Origin: Camelus dromedarius
Taxonomy: Eukaryota
Assembly: GCF_036321535.1 (NCBI RefSeq)
Contig: NC_087437.1
Coordinates: 117,244,001-117,308,000, forward strand
Reading direction: 5' to 3'
Length of the DNA: 64,000 nt
A program made the translations under genes and the position numbers. The notes under the pieces were generated by a model. The model was not told where the DNA came from and searched no databases. It saw only the letters and a list, made by a program, of their open reading frames with translations. Shown one piece after another: positions 25,196 to 38,030 of this stretch (position 1 is the stretch's first letter; every line of letters begins with the position of its first letter).

Positions 25196-25625
25196 GAAAT
25201 CCAAGCCACGAAGCACCATTTCAACTGTCTCCCCACAAACCGAACTCCACAAAATACTTTGGCTGGAAGCTACCCCCGCTCCCTCAGCCCACCCAGGGTT
25301 CACCAAGGAATTGTATGATCTGACACGGTTAGATGTACACCCATGTGTCTACTTAATCATATCAGCATGGAATTAGATGTGCAGACGACACACGCATCCC
25401 TTCATGGGCCTGACATGTGGCCTTTGGTTAATTTCTCTCTCTCTTTTTTTTTTTTTTTTTGCTCTGCATGAATAGACCTCGCTAATACCCTCTAAAAATG
25501 ATCTCAAAATAGAGAACTTTGTAAAACGACCGAAGTGTTTCCTTGTATGTATCTATGCTTCCTTTCTCAGAATTAGCTTTCCAGAGATCAATCATACAAA
25601 TAAAAATTAATAGCAAATATCTTGT
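25196..25625 (+). other. SH3BGR: SH3BGR non-coding terminal (3'UTR) exon
   Basis: Textbook acceptor: ctaat branch point 25173-25177, pyrimidine tract, tttag| ending at 25195. Pairs with donor CAG|gtagcc at 22434/22435. Ends after AATAAA at 25599. The 3' end is approximate. Confidence 0.75.
25599..25604 (+). terminator. SH3BGR polyadenylation signal
   Basis: AATAAA followed about 35 nt later by a long T-rich downstream element (25638-25666). Confidence 0.75.
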
Positions 25626-26672
25626 CTCGAGGAGCATATTTCTTTTTTTCTTTTCTTTTTTTTTTGGGTAAATGGTTTTACCCATTATCTTTTTTAAAAT
25701 TAATTTATTTTTTATTGCAGTACAATCAGTTACAGTGTGTCAGTTTCTGGCACACAGCACGTCAAGGAGCATGTTTCTTCATTTATAGTCTCTGTGTAGC
25801 CGGAACTCTGTCTGTTGCCAAGTTTGAATTCTCGGTAGAGCTTCTCTGTCTCCACTGGGATGGATGTTTTTTGTGGCGCTGATTCTTTGGTCCAAATGAC
25901 ACTCATTGTCTTGTGATGTCACGTTTTGTGTTAGTCACTCTGCTGTGCATGTTATCTCCGAAGCTTTGTTCACGGGTAGCCATCACTGTCCACCGTGTGT
26001 AGAGATAATGGTGTGGACGAATAAATTTGCAACCTGGCATCCTTTGCACGATTCTCTGCCAACAGGAGTGGCTGCTTCTGCATCTCTTGCCCTTGACTGA
26101 TTTGCAGCCATGGCTACGATGTGCAAAGCCTGTGGCTATAATTTTGCCTCCTGGTGCGGAGTGTCTGTTCACCAACAGCTGGTCCAGCCCCATGACTTTT
26201 TCACCAGGTAGATTTGAAGCATTTCTCTGCTCACCTTGCCCCACCTCAGTGTATGAGAGCTATTTTGTCTTTCTTGTAAGATTTTGCTGACACCTCTCCC
26301 CTCTCTGCGTCTAAATGCTACCTGGTATATTTCTCCTGCTGCAAACATCGCATTTGTACTGTCAGAAGGGCCCTTCTCCTGTCTGTTTTCCTATTTCAGG
26401 ACAGTTATGGCCGTCAACTTGGAGTGGCCATAAACTTTTCCTTCTCCTGAATCTGCCTATTGATTAAAATATTTTTTTGGTTTTATTGAAATGTAATTGA
26501 CACAGAACATTGTATTATTGTATTAGTTTTAGGAGTACAGCGTGATGACTTGATGGATGTAAACTGCCTATTGATTTTGCAGCTAAGCATGTTTGTGGCT
26601 GTTGGAAATGCCATCCACGGTAGCAGAAGTCGTGTGGATCACGGGAACTCTGGAACAAACAGCTCTTTTCCT

Positions 26673-26686
26673 GTTACCCTGGCAAC
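26673..26686. promoter_or_regulatory. RFX X-box motif GTTACC-CT-GGCAAC
   Basis: Near-palindromic match to the RFX consensus GTNRCC(N0-3)RGYAAC. Motif only, no functional evidence. Confidence 0.45.
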
Positions 26687-27291
26687 AAAAAGAGGCATTT
26701 AAAAGAGAATTAAGATTATTTTGTTCCAAATCATTGAAGTAGACAACTTTGGAAACAATTCTCCCTTTGTTAAAAATAGGATGAGAGACTGCAGTGAAAT
26801 GGAAATTCATATAGCTGAAAATTAATGTCTCTTTTGTAGTTCATTGAGTTAAATTATGTCCTATCTGAAAAACGTGCACAGTTTTATAGAAACTCCATGC
26901 TCAAGTAGGCCCTAAGTGGTTGCTGTTGGGATGGAGACAGTTTATTTAGTGAGGTGCCAATTTTCCTCCTATTTCTCCTGTTTTTAAATGAAAATAAGTA
27001 TTTGTGCTAATAAGCAAAAATAACAAACCAGGTCACTTATTTAAATTGAACTTTTTCCTATGTTGCCTTTCTATAGTCAGTAATGTTCTAGGAGAGCATT
27101 TTTATTTACCCATGTTTTATTTTCTTTATAAATTATTATTAAAATGCAAAAATCGCTTACATCAATAATATTATATGACTAGTATCACTTCTCTTTGAGA
27201 TTTGGTTTCACCTGTCACACTAACCACCAGTGACTAGTGGCTCCAGTGGCCCAGTGACAAATATGAACTGTGTGATGTCAAAAGATAGTTT

Positions 27292-27385
27292 AGGGTGGGG
27301 GGTGTAGCTCAGTGGTAGAGCGCATGCCTGGTGTACATGAGGTCCTGGGTTCGATCCCCAGTGCTTCCATCAAGGGGGAAAAAAG
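27292..27385 (+). mobile_element. Camelid tRNA-derived SINE, short form
   Basis: ggtgtagctcagtggtagagcgcatgcctggtgtacatgaggtcctgggttcgatccccagtgcttcc with a short A tail. Confidence 0.85.
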
Positions 27386-28684
27386 TGAACACCACACAGT
27401 GAAAAAGAAGGCAAGTGAGGAAAAGAGACATTTCTGACAGTACTATTTGAGACCTAGCCTCTTCACGAAATGAACCGTTACATTTCCTTAAAAAAAAAAA
27501 AAAAAGAAGAGTTAAAAAAAGCCGCATGCTTTATCAATACAGGAAGCTTCTAGAAACTAAACAACATTATAAATATGTACAAAAGAATAACTCAAAAGGA
27601 AAACCCAAGTGAAAATAAACAAAATCCTTCTGCAAAAAAGAAAAGGCCAGCGACATGGAGTAATTATGTGATGATCTGAAGCCAATAGAAGGCTAGAGAG
27701 TTGATTTATTAGTCTACAGATGGAACATTCAAAGTAACAGTTTCTTTTTTAATTTGGAAAGCAAGTACACAAAAAACGGAGCACATTTTTCTGATGACCG
27801 AACAGTAAATGCTTTCTTCTCCTCATCTGTTCTCCACTCCCCTCACCTCCCCCCAGGGGTTTCCTAGTATTTTTTTTTAGGTTGAAATCTTCCTTTGGTT
27901 CAAGGATCTGAGATATGAGTTAAGGGGGGGTTTGTGGTTGTCACTGAGTTTTCTGATCAAATGTGAAAGATGTAGAAAGGGAATGGAATGGATTGCCTAC
28001 AAAATTCCTTGAAGAATGTTTTAAAATATTTTCTTTAAAAAACAGTGCGTAAGTGTCCAAGCTGCGCACAGCTGGTGAATGGAAGGTGACCCTAGTGAGC
28101 TGTAATAATAAAGAAGGACCACTAGGTGGTGATGAAAGAGAAGCTTCTTGATACAGTGTTGCTGTCCTGGGAGCTCCCCTGGTACCTACAGGTGAGGGTA
28201 CTGTTGGGATCAGAAAGCGGGGGTTAGGTATTTGTCCACTGGACAGAGAAAAACAAACAAACACCCTCCACGCGAATTGGTCAGTCAATTAGTGTATCAT
28301 TTAAAATGCTTTCATCCAAGATAATTAATTTTGGGCAAAATATTGTGCATTGTTAAAAGCTATTAAAACCCAACCTCCTCTTTGAATTTCACATCCGTAG
28401 GTCAGCTGTCTTCCAGAACTAGAGATCTGGAGGTTGTTTAAAGATGCAGTAATGCTTCCAGGGGTGGAATATTCAAACCGGACAGGGCTCAGCCAGGAGG
28501 GTGGGAGTAGCTTGGATGGAGGGGGTGTGGGGGTTGGGGAAGCACGTGGGGGGAACTCATTCAAGTCCAACAGATGCATCTTGTCAGCTCAGGAGTGGAA
28601 TGCCTCCTCTCACCGACACATGAAGCAAACTTACAGTTTAGAATTAAAATTAGGCTGCTGATCATTGTGTTTCACAGTATTTTT

Positions 28685-28900
28685 ATCCACTAGTGTTTAT
28701 TGGGTGCCTATTGTGAGTCAGGCTCTGTATTAAGGGCTCTACGTGATCCCTACAGTAACTCGGTGAGGTAGACATGGTGCCCATTTTACGGATAAAGAAA
28801 CTGAGGCAAGAGGACGTTCAGTACTCGTGTGAGGTCACACAGCCTGGAAATGGCCACGTGGGGACTGAGATCTATGTATGTCCCACTGCAAGGCCAGGAC
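28685..28900 (-). mobile_element. MIR SINE
   Basis: cccattttacggataaagaaactgaggc...gaggtcacacagc core. Confidence 0.75.
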
Positions 28901-29878
28901 CAGCCTCCCCAGCAAAGCCTTTCCACTCTGTCCTTGACCACACCCATGCCCCTGGGACAGTGACTGGACGGGCGGAGGGCAGTGTGGGCCTTGTCCTAAG
29001 AGCGCCTTCTTCCCTGGAGTCCTCTGGTCTACATAGGCTGTCTTTAGACTCCACGTCACGGTCAAGGTATTCAGGCCCTGGAGGAAGGTGACCCGCCCTT
29101 CTCAGCTGTGATCTGTCGTGGGCTGATTTCTTAGTTAATCATCAGAGGGCAATTCCATTCCCTTCTCGCTGTGGCTACCAATGCCAGCCTCAGTTCTAGA
29201 GGGATCTGAACCACTGTCAGCCCACAGCACTCTAGAAATTGGTTGGTGGCTTCAGATCCTAAACCTTAGGTTATAGAGAAAAAACCCCTAAAAATTGTCA
29301 TCTGCCTTTTCCAGTCTGGTTGTCCTGAGGTGCACCCCACCCACTGATGCTGAAGGATGCACCCAGAATCCTCTGGGGCTTACCTGTCAACTGCTGTCCA
29401 GTGACGCACCAGAAGCAGCCAGCCCCTCACGGTATTTGTAGCTGAGAGGATGGTTCCTTCTGGCCCCTAGCTGGGGATGACTTAATAAGGTGAATACGCC
29501 TTAATCCCAGCACATGAATTTTAGTTTGCCTGTTTTGTAGCAGGTCACCTTTCTCTGTGGTCCATTATAAAAAACGTTTATTTTCTTTGTCTACCCCCTG
29601 GAAAGAAACAAAAGTTATCTAAGGAGGAAAATAAAGCTTATGTTAAAAAGCTTCACACTCATAGACTAATTTCTCCTCAGATTCTGCAAAAATAAAGCAG
29701 AGAAATGCAACCTGGTTTTATTTTTCTCTGAGGACTTCTCCTTAGGTAGTATCTACAGACAGCTTTCTCCAGGCTTTGACTAGATTCATAGAGATTTAAA
29801 CCTTTAAATACTGGTAGGTCAAACCGACTAGAAATGCACCTTGATGGCGTTTCAGAGTAGTTACACAAAGATTTCTGT

Positions 29879-30357
29879 TGTTGATGAAAAAGTAATCAGT
29901 CAATCTGAGAAGGAAATGGAAATTTTTATTTGAGCCAAATTTGAGGATTATAACCTGGGAAGAGAATCTCAGAAAACTCTGAAAACTGGCCCACCAGTTA
30001 GAAATCAAGGTTTATAAGTTTTTCGAGACACAGGGCTGTACATCAAATGATGTATTACTGACAGTTTACACAATCCAGATCTAAGCGTCATCCTAACCCA
30101 GATCTAAGCGTCATCCGGTTGGGCGACTTACAAGATCAAGAAGGGATGTTATCTTCCAAGGAGCTGTCTTGTTGAGGCTGGGAGAATGTTGCTTTTGATG
30201 GTGGAGCAGGTGTTCCTGCCAGTGGGGGAGGTTTGGCCGATGCATGACACAGGAACACAACGCGCAGTCGGGGGAGAGGAGGTCAAAGGGCTGTGAAGAC
30301 ATTTTTTATGTTTAAATTTTTTCTTGTCTTGCCATAAGATAGGAATTTTATTTCACA
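29879..30357 (-). mobile_element. Solo ERV1-class LTR (MER41-like)
   Basis: TG...CA termini with a 4-bp TSD ctgt (29875-29878 and 30358-30361); tttatttgagccaaatttgaggat motif; internal ccagatctaagcgtcatcc duplication. Confidence 0.8.
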
Positions 30358-30929
30358 CTGTGCTATCTGGAGATTCTCTGTGCAACACTGAGGTAGGAGA
30401 ATGGGAGTTCTGTGTGTCTCATGAAGACACCTGTCGATGGTTCCCCACTTGGCTTGAATTTTTATTACCACGATGGCATCTTTGACCCACTATGAAGATT
30501 CTTGGTGGGGTTCAGACACCAAAGTATTCTTCGAAGCTCCTCAGATTATTAAGATGTGCACCTGGGTTTAAAAAATTCTGGCCAGAAGAAATTTAGACCC
30601 TGGGAACACCCAGTTCTTTCTCCCTTACCTGTAGGAGCCAATCAAATGGATCATTCCTGGTGGACTTTTACAGAGGAACCAGTGGTTTTCTAATGCATAT
30701 TCTTTAAGCCATGGAACTCTTTGGTCAGAAGGATCTGCAGTGTGAAAATCAGACGGAGGGAGAGCCGCTCTGAGTATAGTTGTGGAGACCTTGACCCCTA
30801 TGGGGACTCAATTCAGGGTACAGTTTGAAAACCCTTTGTTTGGCGGTAGATTTTTTTCTTTTTCAATCAACTTCATTGAGGATTAATTTATATAGTAATA
30901 GGCACCTGTGCTGTTTTTGCAACACTAGC

Positions 30930-31357
30930 TGTTGGAGGACATGGCTGGCCGGTGCTGAGGGCGGTAAAAGAATTTACCAAAGACAAAGGAAAGTTTGAGA
31001 AACAAAGGAAAAGTTTCATAGACATGCTGCTAAAGGCAACAGTGGGCCACACAGATGAGAGGTGTCTGCGTGAGCACCGAGGGTGGATAGGGGAACAGAC
31101 TTTGACGGGCTATAAGTGAGGTAAGAGAGTTAGTGTCTGTGAAGAGACAGTGGGATTTATGACTCCGATAAGGAGGAAACACGGACTGAGACAAGTCAGC
31201 CATTGTGAGGCTAGAAGTTTCCCAGGGCTGTTAATTCTGCCAGGGCAAACACACAGCAGGAAAGGGTATACTTTGTTTTCTGAGGCATTTCAGGTGGACA
31301 TCTGAGAGCCCAGGAGTGGGGGTGGCAGGGCCTCGGCAGACAGCAGTTGGCACTGCA
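30930..31357 (-). mobile_element. Solo ERV LTR nested in MER21
   Basis: TG...CA termini with a perfect TSD ctagc (30925-30929 and 31358-31362); ggtaaaagaatttaccaa motif. Confidence 0.8.
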
Positions 31358-31678
31358 CTAGCCGGTTCTCCAATTTTCTGACACTAGCGGGATGTCTTAC
31401 AATTCAATTCTGACACTAACCCCAGGGGTTAGCTCAGATCCTCCAGGTTAAGGGCTCAGTCCCATAAGACTGCCCCAACTTCAGATGCCAGCTGAAAACG
31501 GGGGCCCCAAGCTTTCTGCATTTCTGTCTGGAGGACTACAAATCAAGACATTCCCCCTCTGCCCTGCCCCAGGCTTGACAATTTGCTAAAATGACTCACA
31601 GAACTCAGTGAAGCACAATACACATAATCCATTATGTAAGGTACAAATGACCAGCCATACAGAGAAGGGTCCTGAGCA

Positions 31679-32246
31679 TGCAACAGAGCAGGACCCCGTG
31701 GGGTCCTCCCTCGTACAGATCCTTTCCATGTCCTCCACTTCTTGTTAGTAGGACATAGGCTTCCTTCAGCCTCCTTGACCTTCCCTGAGTTCCAAGGGGC
31801 AGCTTCACACAGTTGCTAATCAGGGAAGGGAGGGAACACAGAGCAATGGAGGAGCAGTCAAGAAAGAACAGTGCAGCCTTGGGCAGGGTCCTGGTTCCTC
31901 CTCAAGGAACATACCTAACTGTATCTCTGGGATCTTCTGCAGGAACTAAGGCCCCCACCCACGTGGAGGATGGCAACTTCAGGCTGAGCACAAGGTTCCT
32001 GGAGTACAGCCCTTTTATCTCCCCACCAGCCAATCAGAAGAAACACACCTGGCAGCCCCCACCCCAAATTTTGCCTATAGAAACTTCTCCCCCAAAAAGC
32101 ATTGTGGAGTTCAGGGTTTTCGAGCATGAGCTACCCATTCTCCTTGCTCAGAATCACAGTAAACTTTTCTCTGCTCCAGACTCCAATGGTTTGGTTTGTT
32201 TGGCCTCACTCTGTGTCCAGCACACAAACGTTTTTGTTCAGGAACC
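31679..32246 (+). mobile_element. Solo ERV LTR (cetartiodactyl type) nested in MER21
   Basis: Begins tgcaacagagcaggacccc and interrupts the MER21 motif agggtcctgagca...caggtgcctctgtccc. Contains ccaatc, TATA-like cctataga and agtaaa in LTR order. Imperfect 4-bp TSD agca/tgca. Confidence 0.7.
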
Positions 32247-35200
32247 TGCACAGGTGCCTCTGTCCCTGTGGAGCAGGAAGACACCACCCTCCCAGTTCAC
32301 TGACATGCTCAGCAACTGGGAAGCTTCCCCTAACTTTCATTCATTTATTCCAGCAAGAAATGGATTTATTTCAGGATTCATTCATTTCAGTAAAAAATGG
32401 GTTCATTTTAGGGCTAACAGAGAATTGCAATACCAGGTCTGCAACCATGGGGAGCCACAAACAAATTGTCTCATGGCAAGGGAGGGAAAACACTTTTCCT
32501 CTTTTTAAAATCAAGGTTTCTTTGTGTGGGCTCACGTGATTAAATCATTAGGTGGGTGAATGAACATAATCTTCAGCTCCTCTCCCTTCCTGGAAGATGG
32601 GGCAGGTGGGGCTGATCCGTTTAACCTTCTCATCACAAGGTTGGTTTTCCTGGAAACCAACTCTCAACCTGAAGCCACCTAAACTCCCCCCACACCTCTC
32701 CCCCTTCCCCAGTTATCTGATGATCCAAAGGGGCTCCTTATGAATAACAAAGTCACTCCCGTGTCCTATCACTAGGAAGTTCCAAGGGTTTCAGGAGCTC
32801 TGTGCCAGGAATTGCAGATAAAGACCAGATATACAAAGACATTCCTATCTCTTATCACTAATGGAGTTCCAAGGGTCTCAGGAGCTCTGTTCCAGGAATT
32901 GCAGATAAAGACCAGATGTATTTCATATTATAACCACGGCACCAATGTTAATTGTTTGATGAGTTCTGAGAAATGTGCTTACTCATGTCCAACACCTCTG
33001 TCCATCAAGATCAGAACATTTCTATCACCGGGTACAGTTCTCTTGCATTCCTTTGCCTTCCAGCCCATCCACAGGCAACCACCACTCTGCTTTCTGACTC
33101 CATTGAGTTCCTTGTCTAGAACTTCAGATAAATGAGGAAAACAGCTATTTTCTCTTTGTCTGGCTTCCTTCCCTCTTAGAAATGTTTTGGAGATTCATCC
33201 ATGTTGGTTTGTACCCTTCTGTTGCTGAATATGGGATTATCCTCTGGTAATTTGTTTCTTTATCTATCTGTTAATGGGCATCTGAGTCATTTCTAGTTTC
33301 TGGCTATTTTGATAAAAGCTGCCATAAATTTTTATGGAGAAGACTTTTCGTACACTAGTTTTTTTTTTTATAACATTTTTATTGATTTATAATCATTTTA
33401 CAATGTTGTGTCAAATTCCAGTGTAGAGCACAATTTTTCAGCTATACATGAACATATATATATTCATTGTCACTTTTTTTTCTCTGTAAGTTACCATAAG
33501 ATCTTGTGTATATTTCCCTGTGCTATACAGTATAACCTTGTTTATCTATTCTACATTTTGAAACCCCAGTCTATCCCTTCCCACCCCCCCGCCACCTTGG
33601 CAACCGTAAGTTTGTGTTCTATGAGTCTGTTTCTTTTTTGTATTTATGTTTTGGTTTTTTTTAGATTCCACATTTGAGCAATCTCATATGGTATTTTTCT
33701 TTCTGTTTCTGGCTTACTTCACTTTGAATGACATTCTCCAGGAACATCCATGTTGCTGCAAATGGTGTTATGTTGTCGGTTTTTATGGCTGAATACTATT
33801 CCATTGTATGAATATACCACCTCTTCTTTATCCATTTATCTGTTGATGGACTTTTAGGCTGTCTCCATGTCTTGGCTATTGTAAATAGTGCTGCTATGAA
33901 TATTGGGATGCAGGTGTCATTTTGAAGTAGGGTTCCTTCTGATACATGCCCAGGAGTGGGATTCCTGGGTCATACGGTAAGTCTATTCCTAGTCTTTTGA
34001 GAATCTCCACACTGTCTTCCACAGTGGCTGCACCAAACTGCATTCCCACCAGCAGTGTAGGAGGGTTCCCTTTTCTCCACAGCCTCTCCAGCATTTATCA
34101 TTTGTGGATTTTTGTATGATGGCCATTCTGACTGGTGTGAGGTGATACCTCATTGTAGTTTTGATTTGCGTTTCTCTGATAATTAGTGATTTTGAACATT
34201 TTGTCATGTGCCTCTTGATCATTTGTATTTCTTCCTTGGAGAATTGCTTGTTTAGGTCTTCTGCCCATTTTTGGATTGGGTTGTTTGTGTCTTTTGTATT
34301 AAGTCGTATGAGCTGCTTATATATTCTGGAGATCAAGAATTTGTCGGTTACATTTGCAAACATTTTCTCCCATTCTGTAGGTTGTCTTCTTGTTTTACTT
34401 CTGGTTTTCTTTGGTGTGCAGAAGCTTGTAAGTTTCATTAGGTCCCATTTGTTTATTCTTGCTTTTATTTCTATTGCTTGGGTAGACTGTTCTAGGAGAA
34501 CATTTTTGAGATGTGTGTCAGATAATGTTTTGCCTATATTTTCTTCTAGGAGGTTTATTTTATCTTGTCTTATGTTTAAGTCTTTGATCCATTTTGAGTT
34601 TATTTTTGTGTATGGTATAAGGGAATGTTGTAGCTTCATTGCTTTACATGCTGCTGTCCAGTTTTCCCAACAGCATTTGCTGAAGAGACTGTCTTTATTC
34701 CATTGTATATTCTTGCCTCCTTTGTCAAAGATGAGTTGACCAAAAGTTTGTGAGTTCATTTCTGGGCTCTCTATTCCATTGATCTATATGTCTGTTTTTG
34801 TATGAATACCATGCTGTCTTGATGACTGTAGCTCTATAGGATTGTCTGAAGTCTCGGAGAGTTATTCCTCCAGCCTCTTTCTTTTCCTTCAGTAGTGATT
34901 AGCAATTTTAGGTCTTTTGTGGTCCCATATAAATTTTATAATGCTTTGTTCTAGTTCTGTGAAATACGTCCTGGGTAATTTGATAGGGATTGCATTAAAT
35001 TTGTAGATTGCCTTGGGCAGTGTGACCATTTTAACAATATTGATTCTTCCAATCCAAGAGCATAGGATATCTTCCCATTTTTAAAAGTCTTCTTTAATTT
35101 CCTTCATCAGTGGTTTATAGTTTTCTGTATATATTTCTTTCACCTCCTTGGTTAGATTTATTCCTAGGTATCTTATTACTTCAGGTGCTATTTTAAAGGG

Positions 35201-37439
35201 GATTGTTTCTTTACTTTCTTTTTCTGTTGATTCATTGTTAGTGTAAAGAAATGCCACTGATGTTTGAACGTTAATCTTGTAACCTGCTACCTTGCTGAAT
35301 TCTTCGATCAGTTCTAGTAGTTTTTGTGTGGACCTTTTAGGGTTTTCTATATATAGTAACATGTCATCGGCATATAGTGACACTTTTACCTCTTCTTTTC
35401 CAGTTTGGATCCCTTTTATTTCTCTCTCTTGCCTGATTGCTGTGGCTAGGACTTCCAAGACTATGTTGAATAGGAGTGGTGATAGTGGGTAGCCTTTTCT
35501 TGTCCCAGATTTTAGTGGGAAGGTTTTGAGTTTTTCACCGTTGAGTACTATGCTGGCTGTAGGTTTGTCATATATAGCTTTTATTATGTTGAGATATGTT
35601 CCCTGTATACCCGCTTTGGTCAGAATTTTTGTCATAAATGGGTGTTGAATTTTATCAAATGGTTTTTCTGCATCTATTGAGATGATCATATGGTTTTTGT
35701 CCTTTCTCTTGTTGATGTGATGTATTATATTGATTGATTTGCATATGTTGAACCACCCTTGTGTCCCTGGCATGAACCCCACTTGGTCATGATGTATAAT
35801 TTTTTTTTTATTGTCAGCTGGACTCTATTTGCTAATATTTTGGTGAGGATTTTTGCATCTATGTTCATCAGTGATATTGGCCTATAATTCTCTTTTTTGG
35901 TAGTGTCTTTGCCTGGTTTTGGTATCAGGGTGATTGTGGCTTCATAGAATGAGTTTGGGAGTATTCCCTCCTTTTCAATGTTCTGGAAGAGTTTGAGAAG
36001 GACTGGTATGAGTTATTCTTTGTATGGTAGAATTCCCCAGTGAAGCCGTCCGGTCCTGTACTTTCATTTGTAGGGAAGTTTTTTTTAATTGCTTATTCAA
36101 TTTCATTTCTAGTGATCAGTTTGTTCAAGTGGTCAGTTTCTTCTTGGTTCAGTCTTGGTGGGCTGTATGTTTCCAGAAACTTGTCCATCTCCTTTAGGTT
36201 ATCCAGCTTGGTTTCATATAGTTTTTCATAATATTCTCATATGATATTCTGTATTTCTATTTTATTTGTTGTAATTTCTCAATTTTCCCTTCTTATTTTG
36301 CTTATTTGTGCTCTCTTTTTTTTCTTTGTGAGTTTGGCTAGAGGTTTGTTGATTTTATCTACTTTTTAAAAAACCAGCCTTTGGTTTGATTTTTTTCTAT
36401 GGTTTTTAAAAATCTCTATTTTGTATATTTCCTCCCTGATCTTTGTTATTTCCTTCCTTCTGTTGCCTTTTGGGATCTTTTGCTCTTCTTTTTCTAGTTC
36501 TTTTAGTTGGTGGGTTAGATTGTTGATTTGAGATTGTTCTTCTTTTTTGAGGAAGGCCTGTATCGCTATAAACTTCCCTTGCATCATTGCCTTTGCTGTG
36601 TCCCATAAATTTTGTGTGGTGGTGTTTTCATTTTCATTTGTCTCAAGGTATTTTTTAAATTTCAACTTTGATTTCTTCATTGACCATTCATTTTTTAATA
36701 GATTGTTGTTTAATCTCCATGCTTTCCTTTTTTTTTTATCTTTTGTTTCTCTGTAGTTGATTTCTAGTTTCATGGCATTGTGGTTAGTAAAGATGCTTCA
36801 GATCATTTCTATCTTCTTAAAATTGTTGAGGCTTCTTTTGTGCCCAAGTACATGATCAACCCTAGAAAATGTTCCATGTGCCCTTGGAAAGAATGTATAT
36901 CCTATTTTGGGGGGGAGTGTAATGCTTTGAAGATATCCACCATATCTAATTTTTCTATTGTATTATTTAGATTCTCTGTTGCCTTATTTATTTTCTGTCT
37001 GGAAGATCTGTCTAGTGATGTTAATGTGGTGTTAAAATCTCAGACAATGATTGTATCCCCATCAATATCCCCCTTTATCTCTGTTAGTAATCATGTTATG
37101 TACTTAGGTACTCCTATATTGTGTGCATATATATTTATGAGTGTAATATCCTCATCTTGTATCACTCTTTTTTTCATTATAAAATGTCCTTCTTTATCTT
37201 ACTTTATGGCCTTTGTTTTAAAGTCTATTTTGTCTGAAATCAGTACTGTTACACCTGCTCTTTTTGCTTTTCCATTTGCATGGAATATCCCTTCCATCTT
37301 TTCACTCTCAATCTTTGGAATGGTTTCTCCGCTTCTTCATCTTGCTCATCTCTCTCTGGCACTGTGGCTTATGGAGTATCAGTTATCTATTGTGGTCCTT
37401 AAGGAGTTTATTTATCTATCTAATGCCTATGTAGGAATA

Positions 37440-38030
37440 AAACTTAAAAAAAATAAGAGAGAGAGAGAGAGAAGGAGAATTTTAAAAGAAGGGAGAAGAA
37501 AGGTTTGAAAACAGTGTATAATCAATAATAGAGAGCAATTTGAATCAGACTAGCAATCGAGTTGAAATGTCTTTTTAAAAACCCTTAAAAGAAAGGAAAA
37601 AAGATTAAAAAAACAATATTTGAAACCCGTGTATAATCAATAACAGGAGATGAAAATCAAAAGAAATGAAAATGAAATCAGGTGGATTTAAAAAATAATA
37701 ATATAACTACTTTAAAAGAAAAGCTTAAAAGAAATTAAAACTGGATGCACATACAATTACTCAGAAAGTAGAAATTAAAATGGTAATAGAAAATAGAAGA
37801 TTAAAAAAAGATAAAATAAAGAGGGAATTTTAAAAGAAGGCAGAAAAAAAGATTTGAAAACAGTTTATAATGAATAATAGAAGAGCAAGTTGAGGCAGAA
37901 CAGCAATTGGGTTGAGACATCTTTTAAAAACCTTTAAAAAAGGAGAAAAGAGGATAAAAATATTTGAAACCTGTGTATAATCAATTACAGTAGATTAAAA
38001 CCAAGAGAAATAAAAATGAAATGACATGGA
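37440..38030. repeat. A-rich tandem repeats (~350-bp period, ~120-bp subunits) in the outer L1 5'UTR, continuing at 41101-41230
   Basis: gaattttaaaagaagg...tttgaaaacagt.tataat occurs at ~37477 and ~37825; aaaattaaaa.ggtaatagaaaatagaa occurs at ~37772 and ~41182. Confidence 0.8.

Larger units (their letters stand above)
30907..32938. mobile_element. MER21-like LTR element containing two nested solo LTRs
   Basis: 5-bp TSD gcacc (30902-30906 and 32939-32943); diagnostic aattcaattctgacact...ggttaagggctcagtccc..aagactgcccc and ttccaagggtttcaggagctctgtgccagg motifs. Confidence 0.8.
30860..33350 (-). mobile_element. Old L1M 3' fragment (host of the nested stack; pieces at 30860-30906, 32944-33350 and ~42496-42550)
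   Basis: tcaacttcattgagg...ggcacc continues as aatgttaattgtttgatgagtt...gagattcatccatgttg...gtacac and resumes after the young L1 as gtacacaagtgattttatttctcttgagtaaatacc. Confidence 0.75.

Noticed and set aside
27292..27370. tRNA-Ala-like sequence with A and B boxes
   Set aside because: It is the head of the same SINE seen six more times here, with a diverged anticodon arm and acceptor stem. Not a tRNA gene.
29950..29990. Possible STAT1/GAS sites in the MER41-like LTR
   Set aside because: acctgggaa and atctcagaa do not match TTCNNNGAA.
31813..32539. 231-aa and 145-aa ORFs
   Set aside because: They span an LTR/MER21 junction and show no gag/pol/env or other recognisable motifs.
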